The translations under genes and the position numbers were made by a program. The notes beneath the pieces are model-generated. The model was not told the origin of the DNA. It did not search any database and worked only from the letters and a program-made list of their open reading frames with translations. This document shows positions 15,722-24,259 of a DNA stretch of 47,247 nucleotides, piece after piece (positions within the stretch are counted from its first letter, which is position 1; every line of letters starts with the position of its first letter). The stretch comes from Bacillota bacterium. GTDB lineage: Bacteria; Acidobacteriota; Holophagae; Holophagales; Holophagaceae. The DNA lies in assembly GCA_021287085.1 (NCBI GenBank), contig JAJTBC010000045.1, positions 1-47,247 of the forward strand, in the 5' to 3' direction.

Positions 15722-17941
15722 CTAGTTGCCCGAACCGGCGGGTACCACGAGGAAGGAGCGCATCATTTCGTTTTCTTCATGGGAGAGGATGTGGCAATGC
15801 CACATGTAGGCTCCCAGGCGATCAAAGCGGGCGCGCACCTTCACGTAGCCGGGAAACTTGACGGGAGCGCCCGAACCCAGGGGCTCGGCGGAGGGCGGCA
15901 CGGCCACCATATCCTTCCAGACCTTCATTTCCGCAGGAGACACGGCGTAGAGTGAACCGGGCCTGGCCGTGTGGGGCGGGTCTCCCGGCTCGGCGTTGGG
16001 CACGAGGGCCATGGGGTCCACCCTGGGCAGACTCACGCCATCGGCGGGCGTGTAGGCGTCCTCCAGTCGGGTGTCCACGTAGCCCTTTTCGATCACCTCG
16101 AACCTTGTGAGATGGATGTGCATGGGATGCACGTCGGGCGTGGCATTGATGAAGATCCACTCCTCCACGCTGTCCAGCTCCGGCTTTTCGGAGATGGGGG
16201 CGCGGAACATCTTGTTGTTGAGCAGAAGGATGGTGCGGAAGGTCACCATGCCCGAGGTGGGATCCAGGAAGGCATTCACGGTGTCCTTGCGCTCCTGCAT
16301 GTCCACCAGGCGAGGGCCGGCGTGCCGGGTGGGAGTCAGGTTCGGATAGTCCCCGTAGGGCACCAGGGAAGTGCGCAAGGAGGTGGAGGGACCGGCCTCG
16401 GCCAGCAAGGGCGAAGGGGTGCCGCTGGTGCTGGAGACTTTGAACAACATCACCACGCCGGTGGTCTTGGGATCCAGCGTGGTGTCATCCACAGACATCT
16501 GGCTGAAATCACCGCTGAAGGGCGCGGGACAATCGTTGCGAAGCACCAAGTTCCGTCCTCGCAATACCGGATGGGCGAAATCGATGAGGATATCGGCCCT
16601 GGCTCCGTTCACCAGCAGCAAGCCTTCAGGCCCAGGCCCTGTGGCCACATCGATGGCCGCATCCCGATAGCCTTGGTCCGCGCCGATCTGCACGATGGGC
16701 CACGTGAGCGTGGGAGCCACATGATGGGCCCGCTCAGGGGTGATGATCTCCCCCGTGTCGGCATCCTGCAGCCAGAGGTTGTACATCCGCGAATCGGAGC
16801 CGTTCAGCAGCCGCAGGCGATAGAGCTGAGTCTTCACGTTCTTGTAAGGCCAGGCCTTGCCGTTCACGGTGATGACGTTGCCCCACATCTCTGGGCGAAT
16901 GCTGGCCAGGGCGTTGCCGTTGCTGTCGTGAAGGGCGTTGTAGGTATAGGTTCCCAGGTTCACGAAGGTGGGAAAGACCAGCGAGCCATCTTCGTTGAAG
17001 GCCTTGTCCTGGATGACGATGGGCAGATCGAATTCATCGGATTGCAGCGAGGGCACTGCGGGATTGGCGTAGCGGCCCTTGGGCAGGTTCGCCAAGGCAC
17101 CGCTTTCCTCCACGGCGGAATCCTTGATGACATAGAAGGCCGCCACGCCAGCGTAGGCGTTGAGGCGAGTGACGCCCATGGAATGGTCGTGGAACCACAG
17201 CGTGCAGGCCTCTTGGCTATTGGGATAGCTGTAGGTGGGGAGCGCATGGCTGGCGGTGCGGCCAGGAAAGCCGATGGAAGGGTCCGGATCCTTGACCCAC
17301 TTCGCCTGCACCGCAGGATCGTTGGTGGCCCAGGCATCGGGATGGCCGTCGGAGGTGTAGGGGATGTTGCCGCCGTGCAGATGGGTGGTGATGCGGCAAT
17401 CGGGTTCTCCGAGATCGGTGCCATCCAGGGTGTAATCCATTTCCAGCAGATGTTTGGTGAGGAAGGGGCCCGTGCCCATCTGACCATTCACTTCGTCTCG
17501 CAGGTTGTTGATGAAGGTCATCTGAAGAGGCGTCCCCTTCGTGGCCTCGACGGTGGCGCCGTAGATGCCCAGGAAGGCCCCGTTGATGTCATAGCCCCAG
17601 GTTTTCGTCACGATGGGGTTGCCGGTGTGCGGATTGAGGAGGGTCTTGCCATAGCGGTCCCGCAATCCGAAATCCCAGGTTCCCTGACGCACGTTGATGG
17701 TGTACGCATTGGGCGAGGAGGCGTTCTTCGGCGCGATGGGAATCTCCACCAGAGGCGTGCCGAACTGCTCCAGCTTGGTGGGGTTCAGGGGATTGTAGGC
17801 CACGGGGGGCGGAGTCGGTCCGGGTGGCGTTGGAGGCGGCGCGCTCGTGGTCTGGGTGCTGCCTCCACAGGCCACCAGCGCCAGCAGCGCGAGAGCGGTC
17901 CCAAGGATTCCGAGGTGGGTGAAACGAAAGCGGGCCTTCAT
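15722..17941 (-). CDS. Multicopper oxidase (CotA/bilirubin-oxidase-like), lipoprotein
   Basis: All four copper motifs are present: 'THLHGG', 'WFHDHSMG', 'HPMHIHL' and 'HCHILSHEENEMM'. I prefer the ATG at 17941, which has GGAGGG upstream and yields a lipoprotein signal 'MKARFRFTHLGILGTALALLALVAC'. The ORF-track start at 18043 lacks this support. Confidence 0.9.
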   Translation of the reverse strand: MKARFRFTHLGILGTALALLALVACGGSTQTTSAPPPTPPGPTPPPVAYNPLNPTKLEQFGTPLVEIPIAPKNASSPNAYTINVRQGTWDFGLRDRYGKTLLNPHTGNPIVTKTWGYDINGAFLGIYGATVEATKGTPLQMTFINNLRDEVNGQMGTGPFLTKHLLEMDYTLDGTDLGEPDCRITTHLHGGNIPYTSDGHPDAWATNDPAVQAKWVKDPDPSIGFPGRTASHALPTYSYPNSQEACTLWFHDHSMGVTRLNAYAGVAAFYVIKDSAVEESGALANLPKGRYANPAVPSLQSDEFDLPIVIQDKAFNEDGSLVFPTFVNLGTYTYNALHDSNGNALASIRPEMWGNVITVNGKAWPYKNVKTQLYRLRLLNGSDSRMYNLWLQDADTGEIITPERAHHVAPTLTWPIVQIGADQGYRDAAIDVATGPGPEGLLLVNGARADILIDFAHPVLRGRNLVLRNDCPAPFSGDFSQMSVDDTTLDPKTTGVVMLFKVSSTSGTPSPLLAEAGPSTSLRTSLVPYGDYPNLTPTRHAGPRLVDMQERKDTVNAFLDPTSGMVTFRTILLLNNKMFRAPISEKPELDSVEEWIFINATPDVHPMHIHLTRFEVIEKGYVDTRLEDAYTPADGVSLPRVDPMALVPNAEPGDPPHTARPGSLYAVSPAEMKVWKDMVAVPPSAEPLGSGAPVKFPGYVKVRARFDRLGAYMWHCHILSHEENEMMRSFLVVPAGSGN

Positions 17942-18069
17942 GACGGATCCCTCCATGTACGGGATTTGATCAATGGCCCTCCTTGCCGAAGGGCGGAAAA
18001 AACAGGTTGCCAAGTCAGTATTTGGCGGACCTTTTCCTTCCACAAAGCAGGGGTTTCCCTACTTCGTCG

Positions 18070-18095
18070 GGGAAGAAAGCCCCATTTTTTGGGGC
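18070..18095 (-). terminator. Candidate intrinsic terminator after mutL
   Basis: On the minus strand, a GCCCCA-AAAAA-TGGGGC hairpin (18079-18095) is followed by TTTCTT. It lies just after the mutL stop at 18098. Confidence 0.5.
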
Positions 18096-18097
18096 GT

Positions 18098-19873
18098 CTA
18101 TACCCGCCTGCCGAAGCTGCGCTCCAGTTCGCTGCGGGTGAGCTTTTTCAGGATGGGGCGCCCATGAGGGCAGGTGTGCGGCACCTCGCAGGCCAGCAGA
18201 TCGTCCAGGAGGCGCTGGGCCAGCTCGGGGCTGAGGCGATGATGCTTCTTGATGGCGGCGCGGCAGGCCAGTTCGGCGTTGAGATCCTTGCGGAAGGCCT
18301 CCAGATCCGCGCTGTGGCCTTGCTCCAGGCGTTCCAGCAGATCCTCCAGCAGACGCTGGGGATCGCGGTCGGAGAGGAAATCCGGCAAGGCCCGCACCAC
18401 CAGGGCATCTTCGCCAAAGGCTTCGCACTCCACGCCCACGCGGTTCATCTCGTCCAGGAAAGGTCGCAGCCGCGCCATGGCCGCCGGTCCCAGGCGCACC
18501 ACGGCGGGCGGCATCAGCGGTTGCAGAGCGGGCGCATGGCGGCGCAGGAAATGGGCTTCGTAGAGAATGCGTTCGTGGGCCACATGCTGATCGATGATCC
18601 ACAGTTCGGGTTCCCGTTCGCCCTGGAGTTCCGCCAGCAAGTAGGTGGCGTCGAAGGCGCCCAGGTACGTGGCGCGAGGCCCTGAGGCTTTGGTGTAGGG
18701 AGCGGGGGCTTCGGCGGCGGGGCTGGGCGCGGAGGCCGAGGTATAGGCCCAGTCCAGGCGCTCCTGGTCCGTGGTGGGAGCGGTCGGACTCCAGAGGGCC
18801 GGATGCTGGGCAGCCACGGGGCGCAAAGGCGCGTCGAATTCCGGCTCCAAAGGTTTGGGAGGAAGCTCCAGCACCGAAGGGAGTTCGCCTCGCAGTTGCG
18901 CCCAGGCTTCGCGCAGGGCGCGGCTCACCCAGGGGAACACGCGATGGGGCTCCCGGAAGCGCACTTCGGCCTTGGTGGGATGCACGTTCACGTCCACGGC
19001 CTCCGCGGGCAGATCCAGGAACAGCACCGCTGCGGGGTACGCGCCCTTGGGGAAGTAGCCCTGCCAAGCCTCGGACAGGGCCGCCAGCAGCAGGCGATCC
19101 CGCACAGAGCGGCCGTTGACGAAGAGGTAGAGATGGTTGCGATCCCGGAAGGAAAGCTGGGGTGTGGACACGTAGCCGCGCAAGGTCCACGGCGCCTGAC
19201 CTTCCCTGAAGGGCACCAGGGCGGCGAATTTCTCGCCCAGCAGCGGCGCGAGGCGGGATCCCGCTTCGTTCACGGGGGGAAGGACGAGCGTGGTTCCCCG
19301 ATCCGTGGCGAGGGTCCAACGCACCTGGGGCGTGGCCAGGGCCATGCGGGTGACCACGCCCCAGAGATGGGCGTGCTCGGTGTCGGTGCTTTTCAGGAAG
19401 CGTTTGCGGGCGGGAAGCTGGGCGAAGAGATCCCGCACGGTCACGGTGGTGCCCTGGGCGCGGGGTGCGGGGCGCACCTCCTTGATGACGCCGAATTCCG
19501 CCCGCAGCCGATGGCCTTCGCCCGCCGCCTCGGCGCTGTGCAGTTCGAAACGGCACACGCTGGCGATGGAAGGCAGAGCTTCGCCCCGGAAGCCGAAGCT
19601 GGACAGGCAGCCCAGGTCCTCGGCGGTGCGCACCTTGCTGGTGGCGTGACGCTCCAGGGCCAGGTAGAGATCGTCCCGGCCCATGCCCGAACCGTTGTCG
19701 GCCACCTCCAGCAGCCGCTTGCCGCCTTCTTCCCAGCGAACGTCCAGGGCCGTGGCTCCGGCATCCAGGGCGTTCTCCAGCAGCTCCTTCAGCACCGACG
19801 AAGGCCGCTCCACCACTTCCCCCGCCGCGATCTGGTTGGCCACGTAATCGGGAAGAATGCGGATCTTGGACAT
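18098..19873 (-). CDS. mutL: DNA mismatch repair endonuclease MutL
   Basis: N-terminus 'MSKIRILPDYVANQIAAGEVVERPSSVLKELLENALDAGA' is a GHKL ATPase signature. Length is 591 aa. The C-terminus has 'CPHGRP'. Confidence 0.95.
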   Translation of the reverse strand: MSKIRILPDYVANQIAAGEVVERPSSVLKELLENALDAGATALDVRWEEGGKRLLEVADNGSGMGRDDLYLALERHATSKVRTAEDLGCLSSFGFRGEALPSIASVCRFELHSAEAAGEGHRLRAEFGVIKEVRPAPRAQGTTVTVRDLFAQLPARKRFLKSTDTEHAHLWGVVTRMALATPQVRWTLATDRGTTLVLPPVNEAGSRLAPLLGEKFAALVPFREGQAPWTLRGYVSTPQLSFRDRNHLYLFVNGRSVRDRLLLAALSEAWQGYFPKGAYPAAVLFLDLPAEAVDVNVHPTKAEVRFREPHRVFPWVSRALREAWAQLRGELPSVLELPPKPLEPEFDAPLRPVAAQHPALWSPTAPTTDQERLDWAYTSASAPSPAAEAPAPYTKASGPRATYLGAFDATYLLAELQGEREPELWIIDQHVAHERILYEAHFLRRHAPALQPLMPPAVVRLGPAAMARLRPFLDEMNRVGVECEAFGEDALVVRALPDFLSDRDPQRLLEDLLERLEQGHSADLEAFRKDLNAELACRAAIKKHHRLSPELAQRLLDDLLACEVPHTCPHGRPILKKLTRSELERSFGRRV

Positions 19874-19882
19874 GGCTTCAGC

Positions 19883-20368
19883 CTACAGCACGAAGGCGTC
19901 GAACAGCAGCACCAGCACCAGGGCGATGGCCAACAGTCCCTCGCCCACGGTGCCCGCAAGAAAACCCAGGCCTGCGCCCAGGCCGGATTTCAGGGCTTCC
20001 TTGAAGGCGCGCCGCGCCCAGGCCCACTCTGCCAGGAAGGCGCCCAGGAAAGGCCCGAGGAGAAGTCCCGGCAGGTTGAAGAAAAGGCCCACCACGCCGC
20101 CCACCATGGCTCCAGCGGCCCCCTTGCGGCTCGCGCCCGCCAGCTTGCCCGCCACCAGGGCGCTCAGGAAATCCAGCCCCAGCCCCACCAGGGCCATCAG
20201 AAGGCACAGGATCACCACCCACCAGGAGAGCACGTTCGGCAGGAAGAGTTTGTGCAGCAGGGCTCCGGCGGCGATGAGGGGCAGGCCCGGAAGCACGGGC
20301 AGCCACGCGCCGATCAAACCCACCAGGACCAGCAGGGAGGCCAGGAGCCAGACCAGGCCTTCGGGCAT
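19883..20368 (-). CDS. DUF456 family membrane protein
   Basis: The 161-aa hydrophobic ORF starts 'LLASLLVLVGLIGAWLPVLPGLPLIAAGALL', typical of DUF456. It lies 1 nt after the upstream stop. Confidence 0.75.
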   Translation of the reverse strand: MPEGLVWLLASLLVLVGLIGAWLPVLPGLPLIAAGALLHKLFLPNVLSWWVVILCLLMALVGLGLDFLSALVAGKLAGASRKGAAGAMVGGVVGLFFNLPGLLLGPFLGAFLAEWAWARRAFKEALKSGLGAGLGFLAGTVGEGLLAIALVLVLLFDAFVL

Positions 20369-20369
20369 C

Positions 20370-21185
20370 TTAGAGACTCAGATCCTTCACGAAGCGACGC
20401 ACCAGGGCTTCGAAACGCGTGGCTGCTGCGGCTCCGGCTTCCAGCACCTCCGCATGGGTGAGGGGCTGGGGCAGCATGCCCGCGGCCATGTTGCAGAGAC
20501 AGCTGATGCCAGCCACCTTCATGCCTTCGTGGCGCGCCACGATCACTTCGGGCACGGTGCTCATGCCCACGGCATCGGCTCCCAAGGTGCGGAAGGCGCG
20601 GATCTCCGCAGGGGTTTCGAAGCTGGGGCCGGTGACGGCGAGATAGACACCTTCCTGCAACCGCTGGCCCACGGCAGTGGCGGCGGCGTGGATCTGGCGG
20701 CGCAGATCCTTGTCATAGGCTTCGGTCATGTCCACGAAGCGCGGCCCTGGGTCGAGGTTGGGGCCGATGAGGGCGTTGGTGCCTTGCAGGTTGATGTGAT
20801 CGCTGATGAGCATCAGTTCGCCCACCTGGTAGTTCCAGTTCACCGCTCCCGCCGCGTTGGTATGCAGCACGGCCTTCACTCCCAATCGCCCGTAGAGGCG
20901 CATGGGCGCCGTGCAAAGCGCCATGGGGTTGCCTTCGTAGAAATGGAAACGGCCCGCCTGAAGCAGCACCTTGCGGCCTTCCAATTCGCAGAAGATCATC
21001 TGCCCCGCGTGACCCAGCACCGTCTGTTTGGGGAAACCTGGAATTTCGGTGAACGGAATGGACACGCCCGCTTTGGCCTCCGGGCAGTGGGCCAGCTGAC
21101 CCAGGCCCGAACCCAGCACGATGGCCAACTCGGGTACGAAGGGGGCCTTGGCCTGAAGGGTCGTGAAAGCGGCGGAAAGATCCAT
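20370..21185 (-). CDS. punA: Purine nucleoside phosphorylase (trimeric PunA/PNP family)
   Basis: Motifs 'AIVLGSGLG' and 'GHAGQMIFCELEGRKVLLQAGRFHFYEGN' are present. I prefer the ATG at 21185, which has AGGAG 7 nt upstream, over the GTG at 21191. Confidence 0.88.
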   Translation of the reverse strand: MDLSAAFTTLQAKAPFVPELAIVLGSGLGQLAHCPEAKAGVSIPFTEIPGFPKQTVLGHAGQMIFCELEGRKVLLQAGRFHFYEGNPMALCTAPMRLYGRLGVKAVLHTNAAGAVNWNYQVGELMLISDHINLQGTNALIGPNLDPGPRFVDMTEAYDKDLRRQIHAAATAVGQRLQEGVYLAVTGPSFETPAEIRAFRTLGADAVGMSTVPEVIVARHEGMKVAGISCLCNMAAGMLPQPLTHAEVLEAGAAAATRFEALVRRFVKDLSL

Positions 21186-21195
21186 GACCACGCTC

Positions 21196-23058
21196 CTAGT
21201 TCAAGCGCTCCATCCGGAAGGTGATGGGCAGATCCGGCTGAAGGGTGCTGGGGCTGAGCAGGCGCACCTGGAGAATCTGGTTCACGGGAGTCGTGGAACC
21301 TCCATTGCGAAGCCAGATCTCATGGCTGGGAGTGCTCGCATCGAACAGCAGCGACTGTCCCCCCAGGGCCACCCGCACCTGCGCACCCGCAGGAATCCCG
21401 CCCGGAGTCTGGACGCTCACCCGGTAGTTCAGATCCTTGGAGATGGTGAAGATGGCTCGGTAGATTTCGCCCTTGGACTGGTTGGGGTAGAGATTGAGGC
21501 CATTGAGATGGGCGTCGGCCATGCTGAGGGTGAAGACCGGAGGCGTGGTCGCGGGTACCAGCGAATTGGGATCGGCGCCCCAGTTCGCCAGGTACGTGGC
21601 GTGGACTCCCGTGGTGGGTCGCGGCCAGGTGAGGCCGAAAGGCGCCACGAACGGCGTGAGCACCGCGTCGGTGAAGATGGTCGCCAGATCCACCGTTTCA
21701 CCGGCGGTCCTGGCTTCCTTCAGGCGGGCCACCTGGCCGTAGAGGCTGAAGATATCCAGAGGATTGTTGTTGACGTCCTTGGGAGCCGCGGGAATGAAGA
21801 ATCGATTGGAAGCAGCCCCTGTGAGATTGGCCCAATCCGTCGGAGTGCCGGGACTGGGCAGGCTGTTGGCCTTGAGGGCCACTTCCCAGCCCAGGGCCGC
21901 CGCAGTGGCCGCTGAATAGACATCCGAGCCCAGGTTCGTTCGATTGCGGATATCGCGCACCGTGGGCACGCCGTTGGCGTTGGTCACGAGGTAGGGAGAC
22001 TTGTTCAGGATGGCGGCCTGGGCATCGGAGAAGCCCTCCAGGAGAGCCACTTCCGGGAACAGATCCTGGAGATCCGAACGATCGGCCTTGGGCACCGTGG
22101 GGAAGGCGCCTTGGACGCCAATGCGGAACTGGAGGTTGCGGGCGAAGAGATGGTACAGGGCCGAGTCGTTCCAGGCATCGTCGAGGCCGTTCGCGGCGCG
22201 AATGGCTCCGAAGGGCTGGCGCGAGGTGCCGTCGGAATTGGCGGGATAGTACGTGGTCGGATCGAATTCCACGAAGGATCCCTTGGAACCGAAATTCCAT
22301 GCAGAGCCTGCCACGTAATGGAGGTTCATCACCATGCCAAGGGTGGGATCGCCGTAGATCAGCGCAAAGCTGTAGGCCGCGTCGAGGATGTTGACGATGC
22401 GGCTGCCGGTGCCGCTGGATTCCAGCGTGGCCTGGGTAGCCAGGGAGGTCCAGGTGGGGGCGACCCACCACTGGGTGGTCAGGCCCACGCTGAAGTCCAC
22501 CGTGGTGTTGGCTGTGGGGAGAACGCCGGGGACGTTGTTGCCCGCAGGCGCGCTGCCGTCGAAGCCTTTGCGCAAGGCGTAGATGGGCCGGTCCACGATG
22601 GGAATGGAACTGGCGATGTCCGTGGCGATGAGCTTCACCGGCTGGGAAGAAGGCCCCTGTTCCAGGGAGAGCATCTCGATGTACGTGGGATAGTCTCCCG
22701 CCACGGTGAGCGAATACTTGCCTTCGCTGGTGGTGTACGTCGTGGCCACGACGGACCAGAAGACTTCCTGGTGACCCGAGGCGTTGGTCTCGGTCTTGCC
22801 TCTGACGGCTCGCACCATGATGCCCCGGGCGGGGGAGGAGACGAACTTGGTGGGGTCGGTCTGAAGGCCCGTGGGAACGCCGCTGGCATCCACCACCATG
22901 GGCACTTTGGTGAAGGTGACGGTGCCGGAAACGGTGTAGGAGGGGGTGGTGGAGGTGGGGGTCGTCTTGGAACTGCTCCCGCATCCCAGCCCCAGGGCCA
23001 GCGTACCCAGGAGCGCCCATCCGCTCATCCATTGCCATGTTGCACGTCGAACCATCAT
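21196..23058 (-). CDS. Large lipoprotein of unknown function (N-terminal beta-sandwich-like, C-terminal beta domain)
   Basis: A start at the tandem ATGs 23053-23058 gives 'MMVRRATWQWMSGWALLGTLALGLGCGSS' with a lipobox. About 620 aa, Thr/Ser/Gly/Asn-rich. No catalytic motif (no HEXXH) was recognised. Confidence 0.7.
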   Translation of the reverse strand: MMVRRATWQWMSGWALLGTLALGLGCGSSSKTTPTSTTPSYTVSGTVTFTKVPMVVDASGVPTGLQTDPTKFVSSPARGIMVRAVRGKTETNASGHQEVFWSVVATTYTTSEGKYSLTVAGDYPTYIEMLSLEQGPSSQPVKLIATDIASSIPIVDRPIYALRKGFDGSAPAGNNVPGVLPTANTTVDFSVGLTTQWWVAPTWTSLATQATLESSGTGSRIVNILDAAYSFALIYGDPTLGMVMNLHYVAGSAWNFGSKGSFVEFDPTTYYPANSDGTSRQPFGAIRAANGLDDAWNDSALYHLFARNLQFRIGVQGAFPTVPKADRSDLQDLFPEVALLEGFSDAQAAILNKSPYLVTNANGVPTVRDIRNRTNLGSDVYSAATAAALGWEVALKANSLPSPGTPTDWANLTGAASNRFFIPAAPKDVNNNPLDIFSLYGQVARLKEARTAGETVDLATIFTDAVLTPFVAPFGLTWPRPTTGVHATYLANWGADPNSLVPATTPPVFTLSMADAHLNGLNLYPNQSKGEIYRAIFTISKDLNYRVSVQTPGGIPAGAQVRVALGGQSLLFDASTPSHEIWLRNGGSTTPVNQILQVRLLSPSTLQPDLPITFRMERLN

Positions 23059-23197
23059 CACGACCTCGAAAAAGGGCCAAGAAAGCAGAGTACCACGGCC
23101 CTCCGTCTTTCGAGGACGCGAAAGATCGATGCGAAGGACCGCTAAGGTAGATGCGATCAACGCCTGGGAAGATTCAGCCTCTTCGCTCGCGTTCGGT

Positions 23198-24094
23198 TCA
23201 GCGGCGGTTCTTGGGCGCCACGGCGGTTTCGTTCAGGGCCATCAGTTCGGCGGGAATCTCTTCCACATCGTTCATGACGGGCAGGGGATTCTGGTGGACG
23301 CCGTTGATGCGCAGCTCGAAATGGAGATGGTTGCCGGTGGCGCGGCCCGTGCGGCCCACTTCAGCGATCTTCTGGCCGCGACGGACCACGTCGCCCGCCT
23401 TGGCGAAGTTGCGATTGTGATGGCCGTACAGGGTGGTCACGCCGTTGCCGTGATCCACCACCACGAAATTGCCGTAGTCCTTGTGCCGGCCCGATTCGAT
23501 CACCACGCCGTCCATGGCGGCATAGACATCGGTGCCCTTGGGGGCCGTGAGATCCACGCCCCTGTGATTGCCACGATAGCGCTGGCGGATCTTGCGATTG
23601 TTGGTCTTGGTCTTCACGCGCACGGTGCGGGTGCGGATGCGGGGGCCCCAGGCGGAGCTGACGGTGCGGGTGGCCACGGGCCACAGCAGGTCCAGCTTGT
23701 CGGGGTCGGCGGGATCGAAGAGGGAGCCGACCTCGGCTTTGGCCTCGGAACGGGGCGTTTCCAGCCCCGTTTCAGTGGGAGGCAGCACCGGGCGCATCTG
23801 GGCGGCCATGCTCTTGTGATCCTCGCCGCCGACGGGGGCGGCAACGGTGCCACCAGGAATGGCCAGCAGCACCGTGGACGGCAGCAGGCGCTCCAGATGG
23901 GTCAGGGAAGCCGGCCGAGCGGTGGGCAGCAAGGGCAGGGGCGAAACAGGGTTCAGGGTCGTCTTGGCTTCCACGGCTTTGGGAGCCGCTTTGACCGCCC
24001 GGGTCTTCCGGGGGCGAGGCTTCCTGGTGGCGGCCTGAAGATCACCGCCCATCCCGACCAGGGATAGCGCGAGCACGAGTACGCTCAGTCTCAT
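23198..24094 (-). CDS. M23 family metallopeptidase (LytM-type)
   Basis: Motifs 'HRGVDL', 'VVVDHGNG..TLYGH' and 'TGNHLHFELR' are present. The ATG at 24094 is preceded by GGGAGG and gives a signal peptide 'MRLSVLVLALSLVGMGG'. Confidence 0.9.
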   Translation of the reverse strand: MRLSVLVLALSLVGMGGDLQAATRKPRPRKTRAVKAAPKAVEAKTTLNPVSPLPLLPTARPASLTHLERLLPSTVLLAIPGGTVAAPVGGEDHKSMAAQMRPVLPPTETGLETPRSEAKAEVGSLFDPADPDKLDLLWPVATRTVSSAWGPRIRTRTVRVKTKTNNRKIRQRYRGNHRGVDLTAPKGTDVYAAMDGVVIESGRHKDYGNFVVVDHGNGVTTLYGHHNRNFAKAGDVVRRGQKIAEVGRTGRATGNHLHFELRINGVHQNPLPVMNDVEEIPAELMALNETAVAPKNRR

Positions 24095-24211
24095 GGGGCC
24101 TCCCGTCAGGTGAAGGAAAGGGAACCGGAACGAAGGGGCAGAGACCCCAAAGGGAAGGAACGAAGTCTTAATCGTAATCAGTCTCAGTCGAGACGCCAAG
24201 TCCTATCTCTT

Positions 24212-24259
24212 CGACACTTCCGAAGGGAATCTGAAGTTTGAAATGCGTGTCGTTTTTTT
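24212..24259 (+). terminator. Hairpin plus T7 run oriented as a plus-strand terminator, abutting the HAD stop codon
   Basis: CGACAC (24212-24217) pairs with GTGTCG (24247-24252), with an inner CTTC/GAAG sub-hairpin. TTTTTTT follows at 24253-24259 on the + strand. Both flanking genes are on the minus strand, where the hairpin is preceded by an A-run rather than followed by U. Confidence 0.35.

Noticed and set aside
18001-18016. TGGCAA-containing sequence (minus strand TTGGCAACCTGTTTTTT) upstream of the multicopper oxidase, considered as a sigma-54 -24/-12 promoter possibly driven by the nearby EBP.
   Set aside because: The -24 GG element is present, but the -12 position reads TT instead of the conserved GC. 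That is not enough to call a sigma-54 promoter. I found no convincing TGGCAC-N5-TTGC site in any intergenic region of this window.
17942-18043. N-terminal extensions offered by the ORF track: multicopper oxidase from 18043, lipoprotein from 23160, M23 peptidase from 24199, PilT from 37113, HAD from 24943, PNP from 21191.
   Set aside because: In each case an internal start has a good Shine-Dalgarno at 5-7 nt. It yields a proper signal peptide or a family-typical N-terminus, whereas the extension is Arg/Pro-rich or lacks a ribosome-binding site.
24095-24259. Possible c-di-AMP (ydaO-type) or other riboswitch in the leader of the M23 cell-wall hydrolase.
   Set aside because: By eye I could not find the conserved ydaO core elements or pseudo-two-fold symmetry. 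Only generic hairpins are present, so I kept it as an unexplained structured spacer rather than a riboswitch call.
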